From Macrostomum lignano (lineage: Eukaryota): a DNA stretch of 64,000 bases. A program made the position numbers and the translations under genes. The notes beneath the pieces are model-generated. The model was given only the letters and a program-made list of their open reading frames with translations, was not told where the DNA came from and made no database searches. The number at the start of each line of letters is the position of its first letter. Position 1 is the stretch's first letter. The DNA lies in NCBI GenBank assembly GCA_002269645.1, contig NIVC01000293.1, positions 186,001-250,000 of the forward strand. The letters are read 5' to 3'. Positions 49,120 to 62,370 of this stretch are shown piece after piece.

Positions 49120-50987
49120 TCAGAACGGCGAGAAGCACTGGCACAGAACGGCTGTAACCGTTGTATAATCTTCTGCCAGATCGTTCAGCATGCCGTCGAT
49201 AAGTGCCATCGAGTTCTGATTGCCGCCAAGGACATTGTTGGGCTGTCCGGAGCCCCAGAGGGAACCGTCCAAAGACCGGTTGCATGCGATCCACTGCCAG
49301 CCTCCAGACGGCTCGGGGCTTCCTGGCAGCTGAGATCCGCCCAGCCAGAAGTCCATCTTCAGGTTGATGTTGCTGATATTTTGCACCCGAGCGAGCTGGA
49401 CAGAGTCCAGAGCTTCGGCCATGTCGGTCATGTCACCCGGCTCGGCCGCGCATCTTCGCCTGCTTGCCGTCCAGCCTCCCGTGCCAACGTAAACTCGGTA
49501 CTTCATTCCGCACAAGTCGTTGGAGTAGCCAGGCGGACACAGGGAACCGAGGACCAGGCCTGGTCGGTGACGGACCATCACTCGACCGCGGCGGGTGCAG
49601 CTGCAGTCAAGAACTGACGGACTGCATCTGCAGGGACATGGTTTGAGTACTTTGCCACTCAAGTGCCAGGTTCCCCTAAATACTGACGGTTCATGGCGCA
49701 GATCAGCTCAGCAGTAAACGAATCTGACTCTCGCGCCACGACCCCTGGGGCCTGTCGTGCGATTCAGCACCCATGAGAGCCAATCCTGAAGGCTCAGGAG
49801 ATTGTACATGCCTGACGATTAGGAGTGCTTCAGCAGAGTGAAGCTCAGAATTGTTAGAGCAGGGTGACTCTCGGGAATGCTTTAGATCAGCAAAGTGACT
49901 CTCAGAAACGATTCACTCTGCAAAGTGAATCTCAGAAATCATTTAGCAGAGTGAATCTCAGGAATGATTCAGCAGGGTGACTCAGGAATGATTCAGCAGA
50001 GTGACTCTCAGGAATGATTCAGCAGGGTGACTCAGGAATGATTCAGCAGAGTGACTCTCAGGAATGATTCAGCAGGGTGATTCTCAGGAATGATTCAGCA
50101 GAGTGACTCTCAGGAATGATTCAGCAGGGTGACTCTCAGGAATGATTCAGCAGAGTGACTCTCAGGAATGATTCAGCAGGGTGACTCTCAGGAATGATTC
50201 AGCAGGGTGATTCTCAGGAATGATTCAGCAGAGTGACTCTCAGGAATGATTCAGCAGAGTGACTCTCAGGAATGATTCAGCAGAGTGACTCTCAGGAATG
50301 ATTCAGCAGGGTGACTCTCAGGAATGATTCAGCAGGGTGACTCTCAGGAATGATTCACCAGAGTGACTCTCAGGAATGATTCAGCAGAGTGACTCTCAGG
50401 AATGATTCAGCAGGGTGATTCTCAGGAATGATTCAGCAGAGTGACTCTCAGGAATGATTCAGCAGGGTGACTCTCAGGAATGATTCAGCAGGGTGACTCT
50501 CAGGAATGATTCAGCAGAGTGATTCTCAGGAATGATTCAGCAGAGTGATTCTCAGGAATGATTCAGCAGAGTGACTCTCAGGAATGCTTCTGAGCGACTC
50601 TCAGAAATGTTTTCAGAACATTTCTCAGGCCCAATGCATGTGCATGTATTTAAGAGTAGACTCTAAAAACCGTTATTAAAGTTCCCAACTGGTTGAATAA
50701 ACGACAAACCTGTCAAAGACGAACAGCTGATAGAACCCCTCAGCCATGGTGAACGCTTGACACAGAGACTCCTGGCTGCACAACAGAGCGCAGTGCATCT
50801 CGGCCTCTGAGCTGGCAGCCCCGATGTGCACAATGTCACGGGTGTACATTTGCCGGACACACAGCAGACTCAGCGGCCTTGGCTCGTACACTGTCCGGCA
50901 CTGGTGTGCAGCCGGATTCGAAATCAAACTGGCAACTAACAGCACTATCAGAACAATAGCAGCGGCTTTAACTGATGCGTTTCTCAT
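49120..50987 (-). CDS. Secreted PAN/Apple-like + C-type lectin domain protein (about 277 aa). Exons 50710..50987 and 49120..49675
   Basis: Signal-like MRNASVKAAAIVLIVLLVASLIS; CALLCSQESLCQAF (PAN/Apple pattern); CTLD motifs WTASRRRC, FWLGGS, GWQW, WGSGQPNN, LND, LCQ. A phase-2 GT-AG intron joins the two ORFs in frame. Confidence 0.78.
49880..50600. repeat. 26-bp minisatellite (CAGGAATGATTCAGCAG[A/G]GTGACTCT) in lectin intron
   Basis: Visible tandem array. Confidence 0.96.
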
Positions 50988-51644
50988 AGCGATGCTGTAT
51001 GAAATCATGAGTCTAAACTCCTGCCTGCTCTCGTTGATGCACTGGCTGTATAAATACAGATTCCTTTGATTGCACAAGGGACAGCTATAGGGGATCAGAT
51101 GCATCTGCGTCTGATCCAATTAAAAATGAGTCAACAAAGGATGAGCTCAAATGATAATCCTTTGGAAATTCATGCCTTTTTTCCGGAGTAATACGTAGTG
51201 GTCTGCTTTGACACGACTCGTTGAGCAGTGAGTCAATTCGCGAGCAGGCAGTGTGTACTGAGTAGGGAGTCAATGTGTACTGAGCAGTGAGTCTGTGTAC
51301 TGAGCAGGGAGCCGAGATGTACAGAGCAGGGAGCCAAGGTGTACACGTATGTACTGAGCAGGGAGCCAAGTGTTGTGTCGTGGCAAGAAACCCGTAAAAG
51401 GGCCGTTTTACTAACTAAAAAAGGGGTATTTTTTACTACTCTACTGTAAGTAGACGTCATCGTAAATGTAATGCTAAATGTGATGCAATAAATGTTGCCA
51501 AAATTATCGATCGAGTAATAATTTATTGTTGGATGTCAAATATAAGCGCGGGTTGTCCTTAGTGGAACGTACTCTGTTTTTTTGGCTAAAGTCTCACGTG
51601 CCTAATTACTCGCGTTTTTCCGTGTTAGTCTATTGAGACACCAC

Positions 51645-52122
51645 ACCAAGGTGTACATGTACTGAGCCGGGAGTCAAGGTGTACATGTACTGAGCCGGGA
51701 GTCAAAGTGTACATGTACTGAGTAGGGAGCCAAAGTGTACATGTACTGAGCAGGGAGCCAAGGTGTACATGTACTGAGCAGGGAGCCAATTAGGTGTACA
51801 TGTACTGAGTAGGGAGCCAAGGTGTGCATGTACTGAGTAGGGAGCCAAGGTGTGCATGTACTGAGTAGGGAGCCAAGGTGTACATGTACTGAGTAGGGAG
51901 CCAAGGTGTACATGTACTGAGTAGGGAGCCAAGGTGTGCATGTACTGAGTAGGGAGCCAAGGTGTACATGTACTGAGTAGGGAGCCAAGGTGTGCATGTA
52001 CTGAATAGGGAGTCAAGGTGTGCATGTACTGAGCAGGGAGCCAAGGTGTACATGTACTGAGTAGGGAGCCAAGGTGTACATGTACTGAGCCGGGAGTCAA
52101 GGTGTGCATGTACTGAGTAGGG
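51645..52122. repeat. 28-bp minisatellite (GTACTGAGTAGGGAGCCAAGGTGTACAT), with a short related patch at about 51250-51368
   Basis: Visible period 28. Confidence 0.95.
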
Positions 52123-52744
52123 ACTTAATCATCAAAAGAACACATTTAAAATGAATTAAGGTGCATATTTGCACAGACATACAAGGCCGCCATGCACACC
52201 ATTTTCAAAAAGTAAGTTGAGCAAATTTAAAACAATTTCAGTTTCTCGCTAAAATTCTTTACACAAAATATTTGACCCCAGATAGATATCGCGAATGAAA
52301 ATAGGTAGGCACCCTTTAATTCTTAACCTATGCATTACGTAGTTGAGATTAAAAGTGGGTTTTAGAATTTTTTCAACAGAGCTCGTACACCTACATAGCT
52401 AAGCTAATACTTCGAGCACAAATTCAACGGCAGCGCAGTTGAGGTGAGGACAGAGATAAAGAGAGCCCTGCCGTTCTTGTCTCCACCCGAGCATAAGCGA
52501 GCTAACTCAAAGACCAAAACGTGCACTCTTGGCGCAATTTTCTAGATTAGAAAAGAAAACCTACTCAAAACTAGGTGAACGAAGAGCTGGGTACGAATAG
52601 ACCGATGTGCTGAGAACCCAACGAGATGAAGCATAATAAACTGTCCATTGTATGTTGACCTTTTTCCACATTGAGACTGCGCTTTGGTGTGCACTTTTGA
52701 AATTTTTGTTTGCTTGCAGTCGACACTTTTAGGGCGCATTTAGA

Positions 52745-53465
52745 AGTGACTCTTAGGAGTGTGTTTAGGAGTGACTCTTAGGGGTGTGGTTAGGAGTGAC
52801 TCTTAGGAGGCGCGTTTAGGAGTGACTCTTGGGATGTGTTTAGGAGTGACTTTTTAGGGTGTGTTTAGGAGACTTTAGGGGCGTTTAGGGGTGACTCTTA
52901 GGGTGTGTATATGACTGACTTAGGGGTGTGTTTAAGAGTGACTCTTAGGGTGTGTTTAGGAGTGACTCTTTTGGGAGTTGTTTAGGAGTGACTCTTAGGG
53001 GTGTGGTTAGGAGTGACTCTTAGGGTGTGTTTAGGAGTGACTCTTAGGGGTGTGTTTAGGAGTGGAGTGAATCTTAGGGGTGTGTTTAGGAGTGGAGTGA
53101 ATCTTAGGGGTGTGTTTAGGAGTGGAGCGAATCTTAGGGGTGTGTTTAGGATTGGAGTGAATCTTAGGGGTGTGTTTAGGAGTGGAGTGAATCTTAGGGG
53201 TGTGTTTAGGAGTGACTCTTAGGGGTGTGGTTAGGAGTGAATCTTAGTGGTCTGGTTAGGAGTGACTCATAGGGGTGTGGTTAGGAGTGACTCTTAGGGG
53301 TGTGTTTAGGAGTGAATCTTAGGGGATGTGTTTAGGAGTGACTCTTAGGGGTTTAGTTAGGAGTGACTCTTAGGGGATGTGTTTAGAAGTGACTGTTTAG
53401 GGTGTGTTTAGGAGTGACTGTTAGGGAATATGTTTAGTAGTGACTCTCAGTTGTGTTTAGGAGTG
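52745..53465. repeat. ~25-28-bp degenerate minisatellite (TAGGAGTGACTCTTAGGGGTGTGTT)
   Basis: Visible tandem array with variable units. Confidence 0.93.
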
Positions 53466-54391
53466 ACTTTTGATTTGCGTTTTGAGAGTGACTTATGCGT
53501 ATGTACTACATCTGACAAGTCCACTAAATAACAAAAAACTCAATAAGTGACACAATATAATCATTTATACTTTTTTGAAATCATTCTAACAACATGAGTC
53601 AAAGAAATTCGGACTCAATCTTGGAGAACTGTAAAATATTTATTTATTCATATTCTTGTGCTTTTTTATAGTTGCTCGCAATTGGATAGTAACTATGGCC
53701 TCTAAATATTAGTATTAGTATATGCATTATAGTTTAATCAATGCACTAGCCTCGCATACTGTGCACAGATACATACAAGACTGAGTTGTATTGTAATAAG
53801 GGTAATGGTGTTCATTTTCACTGGTGTTCACTAGCTAAGTTAACAACCGCAAACATGACTATTATGATTTGCTGGCAGTATTCGCATTGAAAATTGTACT
53901 TAACAAACCTAATATTATATTGTTATCCTACAAGAGTACAATGAGTTCCATATTGAAATGTAGTGCGCAAAGAAAATGGTTTGGTGATTTTCTTCGAAAA
54001 AGGAGAAACGAAAAAACAGACCAACTATTTATATTCTAACTAATAATAGCAATGATATAATTAATGACATACTCTACAGGCTTTAGTTGGAAACTAATAC
54101 AATAAAAAACATTGCCAATAACTAATTAGCAGAAGGTTACATTAGGCTACTTACATAGTTAGGAAAGGATTAAATTAATATTCAGTAACAGCTTCTTGTC
54201 GAGTACGAAACCCCCTCCAAAAGTACGAAACGGGATAAGAACCGTTTTTGTTATAATAAACTTCGGTTAATGCATAGAACACACACACAAAGGTCTTCGT
54301 GCACCAGATTATCAGCTAAATTAGACAAATTATAACACAAGCTTCACTATCAGTTCACTGTTAAACCCTGGATTTCTTTACTAACTTGTGT

Positions 54392-57175
54392 TCACTTTTT
54401 AGCCGCCGCAACCATCTCCATGAGCTTGTCGGTTGAGAAACTCTTGGGCCGCTCGATTGGCAGACCGAGGGCTCGGTCCCACACTAGGGAGGCCAACACT
54501 CCCAGAGCTCTGCTGACTCCGAACAGCACAGTGTAATAATTCATCTCCTTCATGCCGTAGAACTGCAGCAGCACGCCAGAGTGCGCGTCCACATTGGGCC
54601 AGGGATTCTTCACTTTGCCCTGCTCAAGCAGGATCTCCGGTACGATCTTGAAGATCTGGCTGACAACCTGGCGGATTTTGAGGTGAATAGACAGATGTTT
54701 AACCTTGCGATCTCACAATTCTCAACCCCAGAATCTCACGATTCTTACCCCGCCCAGAATCTCACGATTCTTACCCCCCAGAATCTCACGATTCTTACCC
54801 CGCCCAGAATCTCACGATTCTTACCCCGCCCAGAATCTCACGATTCTTACCCCGCCCAGAATCTCACGATTCTTACCCCGCCCAGAATCTCACGATTCTT
54901 ACCCCCCAGAATCTCACGATTCTTACCCCGCCCAGAATCTCACGATTCTTACCCCGCCCAGAATCTCACGATTCTTACCCCGCCCAGAATCTCACGATTC
55001 TTACCCCGCCCAGAATCTCACGATTCTTACCCCGCCCAGAATCTCACGATTCTTACCCCGCCCAGAATCTCACGATTCTTACCCCGCCCAGAATCTCACG
55101 ATTCTTACCTCTCCCCAGAATCTCACGATTCTTACCCCTCCCCAGAATCTCACGATTCTTACCCCTTCCCAGAATCTCACGATTCTTACCCCTCCCCAGA
55201 ATCTCACGATTCTTACCCCTCCCCAGAATCTCACGATTCTTACCCCTCCCCAGAATCTCACGATTCTTACCCCTCCCCAGAATCTCACGATTCTTACCCC
55301 TCCCCAGAATCTCACGATTCTTACCCCTCCCCAGAATCTCACGATTCTTACCCCTCCCCAGAATCTCACGATTCTTACCCCTCCCCAGAATCTCACGATT
55401 CTTACCCCTCCCCAGAATCTCACGATTCTTACCCCTCCACAGAATCTCACGATTCTTACCCCTCCCCAGAATCTCACGATTCTTACCCCTCCCCAGAATC
55501 TCACGATTCTTACCCCTCCCCAGAATCTCACGATTCTTACCCCTCCCCAGAATCTCACGATTCTTACCCTTCCCCAGAATCTCACGATTCTTACCCTTCC
55601 CCAGAATCTCACGATTCTTACCCCCCAGAATCTCACGATTCTTACCACTAGAATTTCTTATTAATTAGCTACCTTTATTACGGATAATTTTTATTTCTAA
55701 AATACCTTATTAATCTACTCTTTCCCTAATATAAAATCAAATTAATCTACCATAATAAACTAGTGGATCACCCAAACCCACCTTGAACATTGGATCGTTG
55801 GGCAGATGCTTGAGCGCAAACTCTCTCTGGCACATGTAGCGCGGGTCAGTCTTGCGCAGTACAGCGTGCCCGAACCCGGGCACCACCTGGCCGCTCTGCA
55901 GAGTTTTCCAAACGTACTCTTTCACTTTGTCGTCGCTAGGCGAGTTTCCAATTTCGGCTACCATGCGAGTCAGCCAGACCAGCACTTCTTGATTGGCGAG
56001 GCCGTGCAGCGGGCCGGCCAGACCGCACATTCCAGCGGCGAAGGACAGGTAAGGGTCGCTGAGTGCGCTGCCAACCAAGTGGGTGGCGTGGGCGCTTACG
56101 TTGCCGCCCTCGTGATCGGAGTGGATGGTCAGGTAGAGGCGCATGAGCTCGGTGAAGTCCTCGCTCTGGATTTGGCAGGTAGGATGTCAATTGTCACATT
56201 TGGTGGCTTGTTAAATAGAGATCTTAGATGAGGGGGCTGGCGGCTGATCAAAGGGTGTTTAATAAGGGAGGCTGGCGGCTGATCAAAGGGTGTTTAATAA
56301 GGGAGGCTGGCGGCTGATCAAAGGGTTTTTAATAAGGGAGGCTGGCGGCTGATCAAAGGGTGTTTAATAAGGGGGGCTGGCGGCTGATCAAAGGGTGTTT
56401 AATAAGGGAGGCTGGCGGCTGATCAAAGGGTGTTTAATAAGGGGGGCTGGCGGCTGATCAAAGGGTTTTTAATAAGGGGGGCTGGCGGCTGATCAAAGGG
56501 TGTTTAATAAGGGGGGCTGGCGGCTGATCAAAGGGTGTTTAATGAGGGGGCTGGCGGCTGATCAAAGGGTGTTTAATAAGGGAGGCTGGCGGCTGATCAA
56601 AGGGTGTTTAATAAGGGGGGCTGGCGGCTGATCAAAGGGTGTTTAATGTGGGGGCTGGCGGCTGATCAAAGGGTGTTTAATGAGGGGGGGGGGGGTTGGC
56701 GGCTGATCAAAGGGTGTTTAATGAGGGGGTTGGCAGCTGATCAAAGGGTGTTTAATGAGAGGGGGGTTGGCGGCTGATCAAAGGGTGTTTAATGAGGGGG
56801 GGGGGTTGGCGGCTGATCAAATGGTGTCTTTGATGACGGGGTGGCTAATCTCTACATCCGGCATCTCACCTCAAATCCCATCATGCGAACGAAGTTAGCA
56901 GACCAATCCAGTTTGGGGTCGATGGCTCCAATGGATGCGCCGTCCCTGTACAGATTCTTGTAGATGATGGCCGCCACTGTGGGCAGTTTGGCGATGAGGT
57001 CCATGCTGTCCTCGAACACCAGCTCCCAGTACTTGGTCTTGGGCACGCCCTCAGCGTAGGCCTGCAATAGGGATTGATGAGGATTAATCGATGAGACAGG
57101 TGGATGGAAATGATAGGCAGACAGACAGACACTAAGACAGAGACAGACAGACACTAAGATAGAGACAGACAGAAC

Positions 57176-57213
<38 letters not shown>

Positions 57214-57218
57214 TAGAA

Positions 57219-57251
<33 letters not shown>

Positions 57252-57403
57252 CTAAGACAGAGACAGACAGACACTAAGATAGAGACAGACAGAACGACAG
57301 ACAGACAGACAGACAGACAGACAGATAGAAAGACAGACAGACAGACAGACAGACAGACACTAAGACAGAGACAGACAGACACTAAGATAGAGACAGACAG
57401 AAC

Positions 57404-57435
<32 letters not shown>

Positions 57436-57473
57436 CTAAGACAGACAGACAATAAGACAGAGACAGACAGAAC

Positions 57474-57529
<56 letters not shown>

Positions 57530-57573
57530 CTAAGACAGAGACAGACAGACAATAAGACAGAGACAGACAGAAC

Positions 57574-57621
<48 letters not shown>

Positions 57622-57670
57622 CGCAGACAGACAGACAGACACACAGACAGACAGACAGACAGACAGACAC

Positions 57671-57717
<47 letters not shown>

Positions 57718-59725
57718 CACAGACACAGACAGACAGACAGACAGACAGACAGAAAGACACAGACAGACAGACACAGACACTAAGACAGAGACACAGACAG
57801 CTTACCTTAGCGAAGCGGCTCTCAGTGTTCATGGCGGCAATGGCGCAGGCGAACTGGCTCATGGGGTGCAGGCGGTTGGGGAAATTGTTCAGCATGCTGA
57901 CCACGTGACCGGGCACGGCCGCCCGCTTGGCCCACTCGTCGCTGATCCACTGCACGTGGCGCTGCTCGGGCACCTGCAAGGGAGGCAGATGCGACGGTTC
58001 TGGGGTTAGGATTTTCTTAAACAGTTCAGGCTGCTTCTCTGATGAACGAGCTTAGGGCGATTCTCCCAATGAGTTTAGGGCGATTGTCTCAATGAGTTTA
58101 GGGCGATTGTCTCAATGAGTTTAGGGCGATTCTCTCAATGAGTTTAGGGCGATTCTCCCAATGAGTTTAGGGCGATTGTCTCAATGAGTTTAGGGCGATT
58201 CTCTCAATGAGTTTAGGGCGATTGTCTCAATGAGCTTAGGGCGATTCTCTCAATGAGTTTAGGGCGATTGTCTCAATGAGCTTAGGGCGATACTCCCAAT
58301 GAGTATAGGACGATTGTCTCAATGAGTTTAGGGCGATTGTCTCAATGAGCTTAGGGCGATACTCCCAATGAGTATAGGACGATTGTCTCAATGAGCTTAG
58401 GACGATTGTCTCAATGAGTTTAGGGCGATTCTCCCAATGAGTTTAGGGCGATTCTCTGAATGAGCTTAGGGCGATTGTCTCAATGAGTTTAGGGCGATTC
58501 TCTCAATGAGTTTAGGGCGATTCTCTCAATGAGTTTAGGGCGATTGTCTTAATGAGCTTAGGGCGATTGTCTCAATAAGTTTAGGGCGATTGTCTCAATG
58601 AGCGTAGGGAGATTCTATTAATGAGTTTAGGGCGATTTTAACGGGTTTCTAAAGTAATGGTAGCACCGTCAGAGGCACGCTAAACTTACCTGTCCTGTCA
58701 GGAGCAGGTAGAACAGGCCCTCAGGCAGTGGCTCATTCCCGCCGGCAGCCTTGGGCAAAATTTCTTGACAATCAGGAATCGAATGCCCACGAAATCGGAT
58801 GCCCTCCTCGGGGTCCAGAACGGAAGTCTCGGTCACCAGGCCACGAACGCCGCGCATACCGCCGTACATCATGTCGATGGTGACTTCGCCGAGCTTGAAA
58901 TCTCCGTGGGTTTTTCGAAAATTGGCCACCCGCCGTTGTTCGACTGGCACCAGTTCCGACATGATGTCGCGGAGATTCTGCGAGGGCGGCGAGAGTAGCA
59001 CTAGGAAGTTTCTATAAAACAGCTCAGATGGATTTAAGCAAAGTGATGAAACAAGCGATACCGATTCCTATATATTGTGAACCCAATAATATCGCAAAAT
59101 CTCTTTCAAACTGACAAAACTCTCACTAGAACAACTTTTTCCAAAAATATTAGGGCCAAAAATTTGAGCATTTTAAATCTCACCCATAGGAGACTGAATC
59201 TCAAAATCATCAAATCTCAAAATCTCACTTATAGTAGAGTCCATCTTTAAATCTCACCCATAGTAAGGTGAAGCTCAAAATCTCACCTATAGTGGAGTCC
59301 ATCTCAAAATCTCACATACAGGAGAGTGAATCTCAAAATCTCACCTATAGGAGTGAATATCAAAATCATCAAATCTCACCTATAGTGGAGTCCATCTCAA
59401 AATCTTACCTATACAGTAGTAAGTTTATCTCAAAATCTCACCTATAGGAGAGTGAATCTCAAAATCTCACCCATAGAAGAGATTATCTCCAAATTTTATC
59501 TATAGTAAAAAAATATCCTAGACATGCTATTAAACTTAAAATCTAATTTATAACCACAGTATTGTTTTTATTAAAAATATAAAAAAGCACAATATGAAAC
59601 CATGATACTACACTTATACTATTAAATTCTAGAAAACATAAGCTTACAGCAGTTGACGATGCCCTGATACCAGTCTTGGCCAAGGCAGACAAATTGCGCA
59701 ACATTCCAGCTGAGTATAAGGCCAT
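54392..59725 (-). CDS. CS: Citrate synthase, mitochondrial (461 aa). Exons 59648..59725, 58690..58977, 57806..57973, 56870..57061, 55782..56165, 54392..54667
   Basis: [77 protein letters not shown] (catalytic His/His/Asp). Five phase-0 GT-AG introns give one uninterrupted ORF with a presequence-like N-terminus. Confidence 0.97.
54725..55647. repeat. 23-24-bp minisatellite (CCCAGAATCTCACGATTCTTACCC) in CS intron 5
   Basis: Visible tandem array. Confidence 0.97.
56232..56820. repeat. 35-bp minisatellite (GGCTGGCGGCTGATCAAAGGGTGTTTAATAAGGGA) in CS intron 4
   Basis: Visible tandem array. Confidence 0.96.
57116..57800. repeat. (GACA)n-based compound repeat in CS intron 3
   Basis: GACA runs with recurring CACTAAGA/AGAACGAC interruptions. 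Confidence 0.97.
58052..58637. repeat. 23-bp minisatellite (AGGGCGATTGTCTCAATGAGTTT) in CS intron 2
   Basis: Visible period 23. Confidence 0.96.
59165..59500. repeat. Degenerate tandem repeat (ATCTCAAAATCTCACCTATAG core) in CS intron 1
   Basis: Repeated AATCTCA motif at irregular ~30-bp spacing. Confidence 0.8.
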
Positions 59726-60429
59726 TTCTATGTTAATTATTAAAATAGTTTTATCTGCAATGCAAGAACAGGAAAATTAAATACATGCATGTTTAAAAAA
59801 ATGATGTACATTTCTAAAATTCAAAAAGTATATCACTGCCCTAATAGTTTCTTTTATAACTGAACTATTTTTGGTTTCAAGTATCTTTCTAAAACAAAAT
59901 AGCTTATGTAGACAATATTAAAATTGCAATGATACTTAGGATTAAAAGTTAAAATATGCCTATGCATATAAATATAACTTACTAGAGAATGTTTGAAAGT
60001 ATTTTATATAAAAAGCATAAAATACCCTATGATTGCTATTTATTTTGTCCTAGAACTATTTTTAATGTCATATAGCACTAAGCCTAGGGCTATTATTGGC
60101 TTAATTATTATACTATAGCATTAGCAACCAGTGTGACCACTGGACAAAATCGGATTTGTGGCACAGTCATAAAAATTGCACAGAAAAAATATAATACTAT
60201 AACAATAAATTTGTATATCACACATCAAATTTTGTAACACCAATCTCTAAATAAAAGTTCACTGTTAAAAGGTGTTGCATGTTATTACTTTAATAAGAAT
60301 TCAGAGATAAAAAACAGATAATTTTCAGAGAACAGATACATGTGATGTAATGTAACTCAACTCAAGTCTCAGACAGTGTCACCATGTCACTAATCATCTC
60401 ACATTACATTGCTTATTTGCTTTGCTTCT

Positions 60430-60722
60430 TCTTTTTGTTTATTAGTGCAGCAGTGGCCTGGAAATGGAAAGGTGCTGGCCAGATCTTTTGTGAAGCTCCA
60501 CCTCAGCCTTGTTGGCCTTAGCAAGAAATTCTTAAGTGGACTTGCGCATTAGATCCATCTTCTCTAGTTGCTTTACTATGCCTTCATTTTTGAGATGCAG
60601 TCATTTAGTAGCATTACTTTTTTCTTGGGTGAGGTGCTTCTCCTAAAGCTGCCACTCTATATTGGCCATTGCCTGTCTGTTATTTTCGACTTTGTGCTTC
60701 AGCATTTGTGCTTGCTTGGAAC
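60430..60722 (-). pseudogene. Decayed coiled-coil-like coding exon with three in-frame stops
   Basis: After a CTAG acceptor-like site: SKQAQMLKHKVENNRQAMANIEWQL*EKHLTQEKSNATK*LHLKNEGIVKQLEKMDLMRKST*EFLAKANKAEVELHKRSG. Identity unknown. Confidence 0.45.
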
Positions 60723-61832
60723 CTAGCATCTAGAAGAGTTAGGGTGGTGGCAAATGCTTACCATTACCAATATTGCATTTACCTTTATCACCTATTTCAA
60801 TGGCTTACATACATAAATGTAATCTGTAGTGAGTCAACATGAAGATGATAAATCAGAATAATCATTTTAGCAATCTTTTAAAAAAGCACTGGCCTGTAGT
60901 GCAATTTCTAAAATAGTGTAGCAGCAGTCATACTGCTAGCAACATAAAATAAATAGTGTTTATTGTATAATACTAGTTAGATAAATTTGTTAGTATGGTA
61001 TTTAGCTAGTGGTTTTATGACTCTTATTAGGCCTACCAATCAAATAAGTTTATTATTACCATACTTATAATTAAAAAATATTATTTAAAAATTTAATAAA
61101 TAGTTTCTTTATCAGCTTTCTATTTTATCATGAATTTTTATGCTAAAATTTTTTGTGCAATAAATTATATTTGCCTATTCTTTTAATTCTTAGACTGATT
61201 CTATATAAGCATGGTTGTAACATGGCAGGCTATTTTTACTTATAAAATGAAATCTAATAATAGAATATACTAAACCAATATTTCTAGTAAAATATTATTT
61301 TGTCAAGAATATGTTTATATAGTTTTATATAGATATCATTAATAGTATAGATGCTATTAAACCTTGAATGACACCTACTAGTTGTAACAACAGGATTTTT
61401 GACAGAGAAACTAAAAGGTAAAAGTCTTGTTATAACATTTTTCATTTTTTATATTTTGCAATACATTTTAAAAAAGTTGACTAAGAACATCTTCAGAAAT
61501 CATACTCTTTTATTAGAATATGTAAACTCATAAAGGCAACAAAGATACAAAACAAAAGGTAGCTATATGGTTGCAACATATTTTTTCTGTCAATTCAGTA
61601 ACTTTGAGGTACCAATTATAAAAATAGAATAGATTATATGGTGGCTAATGTTTTTATCTGGTTATACAAGTACTATAATTTTATCTATAGTTTGTTTCAA
61701 CCTTTTAAAGCCTTCCATTTGCTTTTAAAGGTACACAAAGTTTAGGTACACAAGGCTTAATAAGATTTTAATAAATTATTATTTTTTTTAAATAAATCTT
61801 ATTAAAATATATTTGAAGGGAGCACAAGAATT

Positions 61833-62139
61833 GCTTGCAGATAAATTGCCTACCAAGCTTTTCTGATCAAGATTTTCCCACAGTGCATTGTGTCTGTGAG
61901 CAAATTGCTTATCAAGATTTGCCTACAAAGAATTGCCCATTGAGATTTGCCCATAGTGCAAATTGCTTGCAAGTGAACTGCCTGCAAACCAGTTGCTATT
62001 AAGTTTTTTCCTGCCAAGGTTTGCTAGCAATGCTTTTATCTTGCAGTGCATTTAGCCATGTAGCAAATCTTGATAGGCAATTTGCTCATGGGCAATATGT
62101 ATTGTAGGCAAATCTTAGTAGGCAATTTTGTTTGCAGGC
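61833..62139. mobile_element. Degenerate foldback/MITE-like element with imperfect inverted repeats
   Basis: Left GCTTGCAGATAAATTGCCTAC...GAGCAAATTGCTTATCAAGATTTGC is mirrored by right GCAAATCTTGATAGGCAATTTGCTC...GTAGGCAATTTTGTTTGCAGGC. Confidence 0.55.
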
Positions 62140-62370
62140 TATTCTCAATTTCTCATGGACCCATATTTGAAAACAAAGAGGCTCTAGCTATATAAGAATG
62201 CACTTTTTGACCTAATCTTTCCTGGCTTGACTAAAATTTTCTAGATAATAAAAAAGTAAAACTTAGAAGGAAAATTCTTCATACCTTAACTAGAAATATA
62301 GCAGTCTTTGTCTAGTAGTCTTGGACCTATCACACTCACATGTGCTTGGTTGATTGGCTTTGTAAGATAC

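Noticed and set aside
54392-59725. Citrate synthase as part of the betaine cluster
   Set aside because: No direct pathway link, about 19 kb away with unrelated genes between, and no AACCGGTT palindrome seen upstream.
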